This document shows, in pieces, positions 43,472 through 51,632 of a stretch of 51,741 nucleotides of DNA (the stretch's first letter is position 1; each line of letters opens with the position of its first letter). The position numbers and the translations under genes were made by a program. The notes below the pieces were generated by a model. It had not been told where the DNA came from, ran no database searches, and worked only from the letters and a program-made list of their open reading frames with translations. This DNA is from a virus: the IMG/VR virus record IMGVR_UViG_3300033075_001605. The stretch is one strand, 5' to 3'.

Positions 43472-43711
43472 CTACCTTTTCTCGTGCACGTAGATCCACG
43501 CCCATGTAAACCCAGGCGCGATAAAACAAAACACCCTTTTATGGTCTAGCATACGATGCGAAACTTTCTTTGGGTTCGTCGCGATGACTGTGTACATGCC
43601 CGGGTTGATGACGCAAGAACGAAATGCTCCTGCGGAGTGAGGGTCCATGACGCTAGCCAGGGTTTGATTGATGATGACAATGTCGCCCGGAAAGATGTCA
43701 TCTTGCGCCAT
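43472..43711 (-). CDS. small protein, xPGDLV family member (short form)
   Basis: FPGDIVIINQ...YTVIATN...FCFIAPGFTWAWIYV. Confidence 0.5.
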   Translation of the reverse strand: MAQDDIFPGDIVIINQTLASVMDPHSAGAFRSCVINPGMYTVIATNPKKVSHRMLDHKRVFCFIAPGFTWAWIYVHEKR

Positions 43712-43718
43712 TGAACTC

Positions 43719-44141
43719 TCAACTTACCCTTTTGAGCATGGAGTTGTCTAGGATCCACGACACGTTTCCAACGACAAACTCATGCGACGCCTGTGACCAC
43801 AACACCTGTGTCCAACGCGGGCCGCGAACTGGCATGTCTTCTTCATCCAAATGCGTCGACAGGATCATGCCAAACGCCTCAAGGCCAGGAACGAGGAGCG
43901 AGCCACAGGAGAACTGTTTGATGATCTTCATGATTTCCTGCCTGTTGTCAAGGCGTCCCAGCGACCACAAAGAAGGATCAAGCCCCTCATACTCCTTTTC
44001 AAGACGTTTTAGGATTGGGCTCGGCGAGCTCCATAGCTTCACAGCCCAGTAACGTTTTGACCAAAAGTTAAGGGTGGAAACGCTATCTAACGTAGATGCG
44101 CTTGGGCAGCGAGCAACGATCAACGTTCCAGGCGTCAGCAA
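43719..44141 (-). CDS. small protein, xPGDLV family member (long form)
   Basis: MLTPGTLIVAR...WTQVLWSQ...SWILDN. Confidence 0.5.
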   Translation of the reverse strand: MLTPGTLIVARCPSASTLDSVSTLNFWSKRYWAVKLWSSPSPILKRLEKEYEGLDPSLWSLGRLDNRQEIMKIIKQFSCGSLLVPGLEAFGMILSTHLDEEDMPVRGPRWTQVLWSQASHEFVVGNVSWILDNSMLKRVS

Positions 44142-44143
44142 CG

Positions 44144-44554
44144 CTACACCGCCTTCAACGCAGCGCTTTCAAGCATCCAACCGAGCTGCTTCCCTGAGGG
44201 TTCATCGGGCCAGAACACGCAGGTCCACGTCATGATACCTTTCGTTTTTGACCTTGAGATGATGGTCCCTATTCCCCTGTGCCTGTTTCCCATTCCTAGC
44301 TTAGAAATCAAAAGCGAGTTAATCAGTTCAGTGTCATTGATGGCGCAAACGCCGCGCGGGTCAGAAAACGGGCCGTGCTTTACTCGAAGATGCACCAGGC
44401 GTTCGTCAGGCGCCGCGAAAAACCCTAGGCGCCAAAACTTGTCGGGTGTGTCAAACAACCAATCGCTGTTGGGATGGGCGGGAATCATATTTTCGTGAAG
44501 CACGACAATGCTCCCTGGAAAGATGCGTCGCTTAGCAAAAGAGCAACGTTTCAT
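44144..44554 (-). CDS. small protein, xPGDLV family member (long form)
   Basis: An internal start is used, giving MKRCSFAKRRIFPGSIVVLHEN...GIGTIISR...WTCVFWPD...GWMLE. Confidence 0.45.
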   Translation of the reverse strand: MKRCSFAKRRIFPGSIVVLHENMIPAHPNSDWLFDTPDKFWRLGFFAAPDERLVHLRVKHGPFSDPRGVCAINDTELINSLLISKLGMGNRHRGIGTIISRSKTKGIMTWTCVFWPDEPSGKQLGWMLESAALKAV

Positions 44555-44556
44555 AG

Positions 44557-44946
44557 TTAAACAACTTCCAACAAAAAGTCGTCCAACAACCAGTGGAGTC
44601 GCGACTTTGTCTCTACTGCTAAGATCGCTGGAAAGAATACCAACGTCCATGCCCAGTTGCGTTTAAGCATCTCTGGGGTAGAAAAGCGGGAGACGACAAT
44701 GCCCAGACAATCATTTTCAAGCAACAAGTTGAAAGCGATATTGTTGAAGATCGTAATGCTGATCTCATCTAGTCTGTTTTCGGTGGTACAAAACCGAGGG
44801 TCGCATTCTCCGTGCTTGATCCTAAGGTCGACGAGCTCCTCTGCAGGCTCTCTCCATGAACGAATCGCCCAAAAGAAATCTTCTGCCAGAAGAGATGGCA
44901 ATGCGTTAGCATTTTTGATTCGAACAAGCGTTCCTGGTCTGATCAT
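44557..44946 (-). CDS. small protein, xPGDLV family member (long form)
   Basis: MIRPGTLVRIKN...LGIVVSRFSTPEM...WAWTLVFF...HWLLDD. Confidence 0.55.
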   Translation of the reverse strand: MIRPGTLVRIKNANALPSLLAEDFFWAIRSWREPAEELVDLRIKHGECDPRFCTTENRLDEISITIFNNIAFNLLLENDCLGIVVSRFSTPEMLKRNWAWTLVFFPAILAVETKSRLHWLLDDFLLEVV

Positions 44947-44958
44947 TGCAGCACGTCA

Positions 44959-45324
44959 TTAACCAGCAAGAACCTTGCTGACTACCTTTTCATACCTTTG
45001 AAACAGAAAAACCATGTGTCCGTCGTGACGAATGACAACAGACTGGCTAGGTAGGCACCAGCGCCTGACAAGCTCATCAGTGTGTTTCCTGATGACGTCT
45101 GTAGGCTGGCCAAAGGCTGTCGTAAGAACGTTGACGATTTCGTCCAGTTGGGTGTCGTCAACGCTCAGCCACACCACCCACTCGCTGCGCCAGTAATCGT
45201 CCCCTACGTAAATGTCGCCGCGGCGCGACACGCTGTTCGCTCTTAGCTTTACGTCGTTTTCAGAACGAACCTTGCCTGGGAACAGCTCCTTGACGCGATT
45301 GGCGACCTCAACAAGGCTTTCCAT
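44959..45324 (-). CDS. hypothetical protein (not obviously a family member)
   Basis: 121-aa ORF embedded in the array. Confidence 0.4.
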   Translation of the reverse strand: MESLVEVANRVKELFPGKVRSENDVKLRANSVSRRGDIYVGDDYWRSEWVVWLSVDDTQLDEIVNVLTTAFGQPTDVIRKHTDELVRRWCLPSQSVVIRHDGHMVFLFQRYEKVVSKVLAG

Positions 45325-45377
45325 GCAGCTTTAAGCATTCTAACACGTTGGAAAGAAAGGTTTCACCCGCACGAAAG

Positions 45378-45746
45378 CTACACCTTTGTTAGGTAAGATT
45401 CATCCATGAACCAGCTTAGCAAGCCGCGGAACCACGGCGGCTCAACGTTCCAAAGCACAAGCGTCCAACACCAATTTTCCTCTTGCATCTCTGGCGTGGA
45501 AAAGCGGGAAATGACGGTCCCCAGCCAGGTTCCCTGGCTGGGGACTATACCCGTCATCAACAGTGCGATCAGCAGCTCCACCGGGTGGCGCTCGGGCCCG
45601 GGCTGAACCTGGCTTCTTGGGTCATAGTCACCGTATTGAAGCCTGAGCTTGACAAGCCGGTCGTCTGGGGCAGACCATGTCCTGGTCGCCCAGAATGTCC
45701 AAAGGCTTCCGCCTTCCACACGAACCATCGTTCCGGGTTTAAGCAT
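45378..45746 (-). CDS. small protein, xPGDLV family member (long form)
   Basis: MLKPGTMVRVEG...GTVISRFSTPEM...WCWTLVLWN. This is the closest paralog of 44557..44946. Confidence 0.55.
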   Translation of the reverse strand: MLKPGTMVRVEGGSLWTFWATRTWSAPDDRLVKLRLQYGDYDPRSQVQPGPERHPVELLIALLMTGIVPSQGTWLGTVISRFSTPEMQEENWCWTLVLWNVEPPWFRGLLSWFMDESYLTKV

Positions 45747-45747
45747 G

Positions 45748-46128
45748 CTAGGCTTCTTTCAACGCGTCCGGGTCAAAGATCCAACCAACTACAGCCTGCA
45801 ATGCGACGAGCGTCCAGCTGATCTGGTACCCCTGAACGTTTCGCGGGACTGATGCAAGCACGAGGCCGTAGCAACGCGGGCCCAGGTTGCACACAAGGCT
45901 TGTAGCAATATCATTACGAATGGTGTAACAATTGTCGCGCTCGGCGAACGTCAGGCTGATCTCCTTTAACCAAGCATCTTCGATGCTTGCAAGCGTCCCT
46001 GACCACACGCGTGAACGCCAATACCAGGATCCGAAGTGCCCTGTCGGGTTGGCGGGCGTGATCGGCCACGGAGGGCGTGAGTACACGTTGTCAAAAATCA
46101 CCAGGCTTCCAGGAAGAAACAACGTCAT
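45748..46128 (-). CDS. small protein, xPGDLV family member (long form)
   Basis: An internal start MTLFLPGSLVIF is used. The sequence continues ...GLVLASV...SWTLVALQAVVGWIFDP, with a 4-nt overlap. Confidence 0.5.
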   Translation of the reverse strand: MTLFLPGSLVIFDNVYSRPPWPITPANPTGHFGSWYWRSRVWSGTLASIEDAWLKEISLTFAERDNCYTIRNDIATSLVCNLGPRCYGLVLASVPRNVQGYQISWTLVALQAVVGWIFDPDALKEA

Positions 46129-46481
46129 GCTTTTACGACCCCGATAGGATCCAACATCCATCCTATTCCGTGTGAGGGCCACAGCACTGCGACCCACGTG
46201 AGGCAGTAGGTAGAGACGTTGCTTCTGAATGTTGACAGCGTTATCCCAACGTCGTCGTTGAACCGCATGCTAAACAACCGAAACGACGCAACGCTTCGAC
46301 GTACGCTAATTTTCCAAGCTTGATCAGCTTGAAGATCATCAAGCCATGCATTTTCAACGATCTTGCTCGGGGTCGACCAGACTGAAGTGCCCCACCAGGG
46401 AGAGCAGCCGTAGTTGCCAGCCAGCGGCAGCTCTTCAAAAGGATCGAGAAAAATCAGGTCGCCCGGAGAAAAGCTGGTCAT
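46125..46481 (-). CDS. small protein, xPGDLV family member (long form)
   Basis: An internal start MTSFSPGDLIFLD is used. The sequence continues ...GITLSTF...LTWVAVLWPSHGIGWMLDP. Confidence 0.5.
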   Translation of the reverse strand: MTSFSPGDLIFLDPFEELPLAGNYGCSPWWGTSVWSTPSKIVENAWLDDLQADQAWKISVRRSVASFRLFSMRFNDDVGITLSTFRSNVSTYCLTWVAVLWPSHGIGWMLDPIGVVKA

Positions 46482-46864
46482 TGTAGCAGCCAAAGGTTCA
46501 CCGGCTCCAACATCCATGCAACTCCGTAGCTTTCCCAAAGGATTAACGTCCATGTGAGCACACACGCGCCGGCTCGCCTCGTCACCACCGAAAGTATGAG
46601 CCCCGTCGAGCCGAAACCCAACGCGGAGTATGCGCTCCAACACGAAAACTGTTGCTGTAAATCATTCCTGATCTCGGCGAATGAATAGTGGTTGAGCGAC
46701 TTCAACCACCCCTCCTCGATGCTGTTGTCTAGCGTGGGCCACAGCTGCGTGCACCACCACAGCGAGCAACCGTGGGGGCCGACATGGACAACGTCATCTC
46801 CACCTCGTTCGTGAAGCATGACAAGGTCGCCGGGTCGCAGCTCTTCAAGTGGCCAAAACATCAC
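46478..46864 (-). CDS. small protein, xPGDLV family member (long form)
   Basis: LRPGDLVMLHE...GLILSVV...LTWTLILWESYGVAWMLEP. Confidence 0.55.
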   Translation of the reverse strand: MMFWPLEELRPGDLVMLHERGGDDVVHVGPHGCSLWWCTQLWPTLDNSIEEGWLKSLNHYSFAEIRNDLQQQFSCWSAYSALGFGSTGLILSVVTRRAGACVLTWTLILWESYGVAWMLEPVNLWLLQ

Positions 46865-47252
46865 TCACCGTCGCCTTTAGAAAGAATGGGTCAAAAAGCC
46901 AACCCACGCGGCCGCTGCCCAAAATGATGCAGGTCCACCAACCAGAGTAGATTTCATCATAAAGCTTCTTGTGCACCCTAGACAGGACGATGCAGCACGG
47001 CTCCAGCTCCATTCTTGACGACCAAACGTCAAGGCCCCTGAAGTCATTCGCAGGCATTCTAGCACGGTCGATCAGTCGCAGGGTTTCTGGGCTTACGACG
47101 GTCCCCCCGTTCCTGATGCGCTGCTCATCCAGCTGAGCAGCCTCAATGCACACATCCGGAAACGTCCAGAGCGTAGAGCACCAAAATATACGGACACCGT
47201 TGCTAGCTACGCGGTTGAAGTCAAACGTGACAATGTCGCCAGGCAGAAGCAT
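46845..47252 (-). CDS. small protein, xPGDLV family member (long form)
   Basis: An internal start MLLPGDIVTFDF is used. The sequence continues ...CIVLSRV...WWTCIILGSGRVGWLFDP. Confidence 0.5.
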   Translation of the reverse strand: MLLPGDIVTFDFNRVASNGVRIFWCSTLWTFPDVCIEAAQLDEQRIRNGGTVVSPETLRLIDRARMPANDFRGLDVWSSRMELEPCCIVLSRVHKKLYDEIYSGWWTCIILGSGRVGWLFDPFFLKATVSDVLAT

Positions 47253-47256
47253 AACG

Positions 47257-47517
47257 CTACACCCTTCGAAGCTCGGCAGCGAAGAACCAGCCAAGCTGGC
47301 CCCGAGGGGACATGCACAGCAACCAATCGTGGTTGTTAAACTCTTTGTGAGGAAGCGATGCAATCACCAAGCCGTATCTCTGTTGGTCAATACCAATATA
47401 CCATCCTAGGAAACCTCTTTCACCGACCGGGCCGGGGAAATTCCTAGCAAAGATGGCTTCTGACTGTCCTTTGACGAGGTCACCGGGGCGCAGCATTTCA
47501 ATCTTCCTTGTTTTCAT
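47257..47517 (-). CDS. small protein, xPGDLV family member
   Basis: An internal start is used, giving MKTRKIEMLRPGDLVKGQ...GLVIASL...GWFF. Confidence 0.45.
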   Translation of the reverse strand: MKTRKIEMLRPGDLVKGQSEAIFARNFPGPVGERGFLGWYIGIDQQRYGLVIASLPHKEFNNHDWLLCMSPRGQLGWFFAAELRRV

Positions 47518-47723
47518 TTGTGAATTACGCGACAGGTGAAGCTCACCGGCAGCAGCATACACCCAGAGCCAGACAGAACGTACATGAATGGGATGAACGG
47601 CGGCTCCGTGGGACGAAGGGTGACGCTGACAACGAGCCAGACGCCGGGCACGTACGTTTGTATCAGGTCGCCTGGGTAGACCTCCTGTACGTTTACACGT
47701 TTGGGTCCTCTGTTGCGCGGCAT
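47514..47723 (-). CDS. small protein, xPGDLV family member (short)
   Basis: VYPGDLIQTYVPGVWLVVSV, with a 4-nt overlap with 47257..47517. Confidence 0.45.
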   Translation of the reverse strand: MPRNRGPKRVNVQEVYPGDLIQTYVPGVWLVVSVTLRPTEPPFIPFMYVLSGSGCMLLPVSFTCRVIHK

Positions 47724-47744
47724 CTAAAGGTTCCTTGGGCAAAG

Positions 47745-48014
47745 CTACCGACGTTGGGACCTAACCCAGGCCCACGCCGGCCCATCGCCTGTCAGCACCA
47801 TTACCCACGTTCTCTTCTTTGAATGAAAGACTGACAAGACTAGCGGCAGCTCGCCGGCAGAAACCACTATAGGGTGATCGCCGGGAACATCGTTCCCGGC
47901 GAGCCAATCATCAACAACGTCATCGTTTGGTCGACGCCACACCGTGGCGGGCGCGGGCCAGATGAGCAAGTCGCCTGGCTTGAAGCCGTCGTTGGTTGTT
48001 GCCCGTCGTTTCAC
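47745..48014 (-). CDS. small protein, xPGDLV family member
   Basis: FKPGDLLIWP...VWRRPNDDVVDDWL...IVVSAG...TWVMVLTGDGPAWAWV. Confidence 0.5.
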   Translation of the reverse strand: MKRRATTNDGFKPGDLLIWPAPATVWRRPNDDVVDDWLAGNDVPGDHPIVVSAGELPLVLSVFHSKKRTWVMVLTGDGPAWAWVRSQRR

Positions 48015-48235
48015 GTTTCCGTTGCTCGGGAGCCGTTGCGCCAGACGGCGGTCACTTTATCAATGTTGTAGCAACATAGGCCGTTGCTGGCAGTCAGGAC
48101 GTATACCAACCGCACGGAGCGCCGGAGGAGCTCTTCGGCTGGAACGATTGCGACCACAAGGCCGGCTCGTTCGTCTGGGTTCACGTTCCACGTCATTCGC
48201 ACCCAGTCACCAGGGTATACGTTTAAAACGTTCAT
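48011..48235 (-). CDS. small protein, xPGDLV family member
   Basis: VYPGDWVRMTWNVNPDERAGLVVAIV, with a 4-nt overlap. Confidence 0.5.
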   Translation of the reverse strand: MNVLNVYPGDWVRMTWNVNPDERAGLVVAIVPAEELLRRSVRLVYVLTASNGLCCYNIDKVTAVWRNGSRATET

Positions 48236-48237
48236 GT

Positions 48238-48453
48238 TTACCTGTATGGGACCTCTGAGGCCTCCTGTTCGAGCAAGATGGTAAAGCCGTTTTCAAGGTT
48301 GGCGTGCGAGACTGCACGCCACCCGTGCGGAGGCTGGTATCGCCCCGCCAACAACGCGGGGAAGCCAGGGTTGCTCGCGTACCTTCCGGCGGCGTCCATC
48401 GTTTCCCTCTTGACCTCGACGACCATGTACCTGAAACGCATCATCTGCCTCAT
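48238..48453 (-). CDS. hypothetical small protein
   Basis: An internal start gives a 4-nt overlap with the next gene. Confidence 0.35.
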   Translation of the reverse strand: MRQMMRFRYMVVEVKRETMDAAGRYASNPGFPALLAGRYQPPHGWRAVSHANLENGFTILLEQEASEVPYR

Positions 48454-48746
48454 ACGTTCGTAACCGAAAACTTCTTCCACTCGCAGACCCAGACGACCTG
48501 CCCGTTGCTGCAAAGCAACATGAGCCATCTCCTTCTCAGGAGAACGACAGAAACGACAATGGCACGGCAGCCTTCATCGACGGTCCCGATGCGGGAGCGG
48601 ACCTGTGCAGGCGCCAGCCGGCCGCTCAGGCCAGAAAGCCAGCCATCAAAGACGTCGTCGTCTGGATCACGCCACGTTGGGATGTAGTGTTCCCCATCGA
48701 ACTTGATGAAGTCGCCGGGCCAAAGGCCGTCGTTTGCCGTCGTCAT
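48450..48746 (-). CDS. small protein, xPGDLV family member
   Basis: LWPGDFIKFDGEHYIPTWRDPDDDVFDGWL...AIVVSVV...VVWVCEW. Confidence 0.5.
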   Translation of the reverse strand: MTTANDGLWPGDFIKFDGEHYIPTWRDPDDDVFDGWLSGLSGRLAPAQVRSRIGTVDEGCRAIVVSVVLLRRRWLMLLCSNGQVVWVCEWKKFSVTNV

Positions 48747-49216
48747 CGCCCGTCCTCTCCGGCGGGGGACAACACCCGAAGCCTAGCGAAAGAAGTCGTC
48801 CACAGCAGCTCTGGCGCCCTGTTGGGCCTCTGCCAAAGGACGCTGGCCAGCGGCATCTTCCAAGAAAGCTGCTCGCAGAGAGGAAGGGACTCGTCAGGCG
48901 GCTCGGCGGCCTGCCTCCCGCCCGCGATGACGCCGGCCGAGACGACGATGCCGACTGCCTTTTCGGACCCAAGGAGGTCGTTCCTCGTGGAGCAGCCGGG
49001 GCTCCCGCTGCCCAGGAACGTGTTCGGGTTGAATATTATCTTGCTAAAGAAGCTTAGCGCCCACGAAAGCTCTACCAGGTCAAGGCGCCACGTGGGCCAG
49101 CTGTGCTTCGACCAAAAGGCCTTGTCGAGCGGGTCCGCGTCTGCGTTCACCTGCAGCTGCATGTCGGCGACGACGAGCGAGCCTGGCCCGGCCGCTGAGC
49201 CGAGGCAGTCGAGCAT
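48743..49216 (-). CDS. small protein, family-like (GC-rich)
   Basis: An internal start is used. GPGSLVVAD...GIVVSAG...SVLWQR. Calls in this high-GC segment are less certain. Confidence 0.35.
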   Translation of the reverse strand: MLDCLGSAAGPGSLVVADMQLQVNADADPLDKAFWSKHSWPTWRLDLVELSWALSFFSKIIFNPNTFLGSGSPGCSTRNDLLGSEKAVGIVVSAGVIAGGRQAAEPPDESLPLCEQLSWKMPLASVLWQRPNRAPELLWTTSFARLRVLSPAGEDGR

Positions 49217-49317
49217 CGGCCAGGCCACGCGCTGGCGCCGGGGGACGAGGGTGACGTCAGCGATCTGCGCCGCACCGACTAGCGCCTCCGGGAGCAGCGC
49301 CGAGGGGCTGACAGGGT

Positions 49318-49965
49318 TCATCGGGCAACGCCCTCATCGCTGTCGATGCCGCGCGGCCTGGCCTCCCAGGCGGGAGACAAAACCGACGAGAGCCTGGAGC
49401 AGGAGACGTGCCAGAGGAGCTGCGGCTGCCAGGAACCGCTCGTCCAGAGGACAGAGGTCCAAGGAACGGACCAGCCGCTGTCCTCCGAGCAGGAGCCGAC
49501 GCTGAGCAACGTTGAGACGACGACGCCCACGGCGCCCTGGTTCCTCAAGGTGAACACGGAGACGCTCGGCGGCACATTGTACACTCCGGTTCCGACCTGC
49601 AGGACGGTCGAACACCCCTTGGCTTCCCTTGCGCTTCCGCCTGCATGGTCCACGACCCACGCGGTCTCAACCTCGACAGAGGGCCTCGTCCACCCGAACG
49701 CTGAGCCCCCGGGCAGCTTCCTCTGGGCCGGGTTCGGGTGGACGAGGCCCACCGCAGGGACGACAACGTCGCCAGGGAAGACAGGGTGCGTTCCGGAGCT
49801 GTCGACAGGTGGATACGTTCCTGTGGCCCGGACGCTGCGTCGAGGGATGTCCAGGGCGCGCGAGAGCGCACGGATCCCCTTGAGCGTCACCTGTGAGGAA
49901 ACGATGGCCGGAGGGAGGGGAGGGATGACGTGAGAGGTATTACCCATAGTTTCGGATGTTTTCAT
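49318..49965 (-). CDS. family-like protein with N-terminal extension (GC-rich)
   Basis: The internal ATG (MKTSETMGN...) is chosen. The Arg/Pro-rich 150 codons upstream in the ORF track look like a GC artifact. VFPGDVVVPAVG...AVGVVVSTL...SVLWTSGSWQPQLLW. Confidence 0.35.
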   Translation of the reverse strand: MKTSETMGNTSHVIPPLPPAIVSSQVTLKGIRALSRALDIPRRSVRATGTYPPVDSSGTHPVFPGDVVVPAVGLVHPNPAQRKLPGGSAFGWTRPSVEVETAWVVDHAGGSAREAKGCSTVLQVGTGVYNVPPSVSVFTLRNQGAVGVVVSTLLSVGSCSEDSGWSVPWTSVLWTSGSWQPQLLWHVSCSRLSSVLSPAWEARPRGIDSDEGVAR

Positions 49966-50028
49966 TGTTGATGTTCTCTGCTTCTGCTCCCGCGGCTGCT
50001 CCCTGCTGCGGGCCAGCCAGGGACCGAC

Positions 50029-50199
50029 GCGCCTGCCCTCTGGGTTTCGGAGTCCCAAGCGGCTGCCTCTGTCCCTGGCTGGCCCTGGCGTGTCGCTGTG
50101 CCTTGTCGCTGCCCTACCGGGCCTTCTTCGGTCCCTTCCGCTGCTTCCGCCGCGCGCCTGCCCTCTGGGTTTCGGTGTCCCGGGCCGCCTTTTGCGGCC
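50029..50199. repeat. 29-bp direct repeat pair (CGCGCCTGCCCTCTGGGTTTCGG[A/T]GTCCC) about 142 bp apart
   Basis: Copies lie at about 50029-50057 and about 50171-50199 with 1 mismatch. One copy is in the 3' coding end of the AT-hook gene and the other just downstream. Confidence 0.5.
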
Positions 50200-50830
50200 T
50201 GGCTGCCTTCCGGCGCTCCCTGGCTGCCCTCTTGGCGTTTCGCTCCGCAGCGCGCTGCCGCTTCTCGGCCGCCACGACCTCCTTGGGTCGGTTCTTGCTG
50301 CCCTTCGGCCGGCCGCGACCCCTCTTCTTGGGCTGCTCCTGTCCCTCCGCTGCCTGGGGTTGTCCGGCGCCCGGGGGCTGGGCGCCTGCGGCAGGGGCAG
50401 CGTCGGCGACACGCCTCGGCTGCGAGAACGGGTTGCCCTTCCTCGGGGCCAGGTACACCTTCGTCAGCGGGTCGTTGAAGCCGATGAAGCTCCAGCCGGT
50501 CTCGCCCTCCTCCTGCGCCCGGAAGAAGCCAGCATCGTCGTCGATGCTGTCGACCACGTAGCAGCGGGTGTGCAGCCAGGGGTTCCCCTTGAGGAAGAAG
50601 CTGCGGCGCTCGACCACGACCCGCTCGCCGGCGTCGAAGAGCGGAAGCACGGTGCCGTCCTGAAGGACGTCGACCCCGGGATGAAGGTGGCTGACGTCCG
50701 GCCGGCGGCTTAGCCGGGCCTGCTCGTTCTGCTCCGGGCTGAGCAGCGGGTCTCCGCTGGGCTCCTCGCCGTCCGTCACCAGGGCAACATCGGTGGGCTC
50801 TTCCGCCGCAGAAAGGGTCTCTTCCGCCAA
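50114..50830 (-). CDS. AT-hook / Lys-Arg-rich DNA-binding protein with N-terminal small-barrel-like domain
   Basis: The TTG start has AAGGAGG 7 nt upstream. The C-terminus KKRGRGRPKGSKNRPK carries a GRP AT-hook and is followed by a K/R/A-rich tail. A Pro/Ala/Gly/Gln low-complexity linker is also present. Confidence 0.5.
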   Translation of the reverse strand: MAEETLSAAEEPTDVALVTDGEEPSGDPLLSPEQNEQARLSRRPDVSHLHPGVDVLQDGTVLPLFDAGERVVVERRSFFLKGNPWLHTRCYVVDSIDDDAGFFRAQEEGETGWSFIGFNDPLTKVYLAPRKGNPFSQPRRVADAAPAAGAQPPGAGQPQAAEGQEQPKKRGRGRPKGSKNRPKEVVAAEKRQRAAERNAKRAARERRKAARPQKAARDTETQRAGARRKQRKGPKKAR

Positions 50831-51239
50831 GTGGGTCCTCCTTTTTCTGGGGCCTTCCTCAGGCCCAAGACCATTCTAACAGGGGATTCAGCCGGGTTGC
50901 ACTGCCTTCCTGCGCCGGGCGTTTTTTGCCGGAGGAACGCGGAAGAGGCTCGTCTGCCAGATCCAGCCGACGCTGCCGTCGCAGAACAATGCGAAGGCGA
51001 AGCTTTTGAGCAGGTCGAGCTCCTTGCCCGGCGCCCAGCGGGATGCCTCGTCGACGACAGCGACGATGATCCCAAACGTTCCCTTTTCCACGAAGGCGTC
51101 GCTGAACGAGGCGCTCGGCGCAGGGCCGGTCCGCAGCCATTGGGCCCTCGCCGTCGTGCACACGTCTCCAGGGTGGAGGCCGCTGCGAGGGGGCGGCGAC
51201 GCCGCCTTGCGCAGATCGTTGGTGTTCATGCGTTTTTGC

Positions 51240-51632
51240 TCACGAGTGGGTGCCCCCGCGATCGCGATCGCCTGCACGTCGCGATCGACGCGATTCGCGT
51301 GCAGGCGCGCGCCCGAATCGCGCGATCTCGTCAGCTGCGACGCTTCGCGTGACTTCGTCAATGAAGATCGTGTTGATGTGGCCGACCGTTCCGTTCGCCG
51401 TGAGGACGAGCACGCAGTAACGGATCCTATATGACCCCACGGCGCGACCCTCGTGGCCTGCCGCAAGGACGAGCACGGTTTCCTTTTTTTCATCAGCGAT
51501 CAACTCGGTGGGGTCTTCTTCATCGTCCCGCACGGGGTGAAAGGGCGTCTGGCGGGCGATGACCGCCAGGTCGCCAGGATAAAGCTGCTGCGGCTGCTTG
51601 ATGTCGAAATTGAACGTTTTGGACGTTTTCAT
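51240..51632 (-). CDS. small protein, xPGDLV family member (GC-rich variant)
   Basis: LYPGDLAVIARQTPFHPVRDDEEDP...VLVLAAG...YCVLVLTANGTVGH. It is preferred over the overlapping 50888..51493 frame, but the choice is uncertain. Confidence 0.4.
   Translation of the reverse strand: MKTSKTFNFDIKQPQQLYPGDLAVIARQTPFHPVRDDEEDPTELIADEKKETVLVLAAGHEGRAVGSYRIRYCVLVLTANGTVGHINTIFIDEVTRSVAADEIARFGRAPARESRRSRRAGDRDRGGTHS

Noticed and set aside
41716-49965. The regular tandem array read as a possible CRISPR array or non-coding repeat
   Set aside because: The units are 200-500 bp, divergent at the DNA level, and each is a complete ORF with conserved protein motifs and coupled starts. There are no short identical direct repeats with unique spacers.
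49346-51434. Long plus-strand ORFs in the high-GC end region (49346..49933, 49956..50561, 50090..50713, 50831..51352, 51006..51434), and the Arg/Pro-rich first 150 codons of 49318..50412
   Set aside because: At about 65% GC, stop codons are rare in all frames. These translations are Arg/Pro/Ala/Gly-rich with no recognisable motifs. The minus-strand frames contain the conserved family motifs and SD-supported starts.
50888-51493. 201-aa minus-strand ORF overlapping 51240..51632 in another frame
   Set aside because: Both frames show family-like fragments. I kept 51240..51632 because it starts with the canonical LYPGDLAV motif directly after the ATG. Which frame is real, or whether there is a frameshift, is unresolved.
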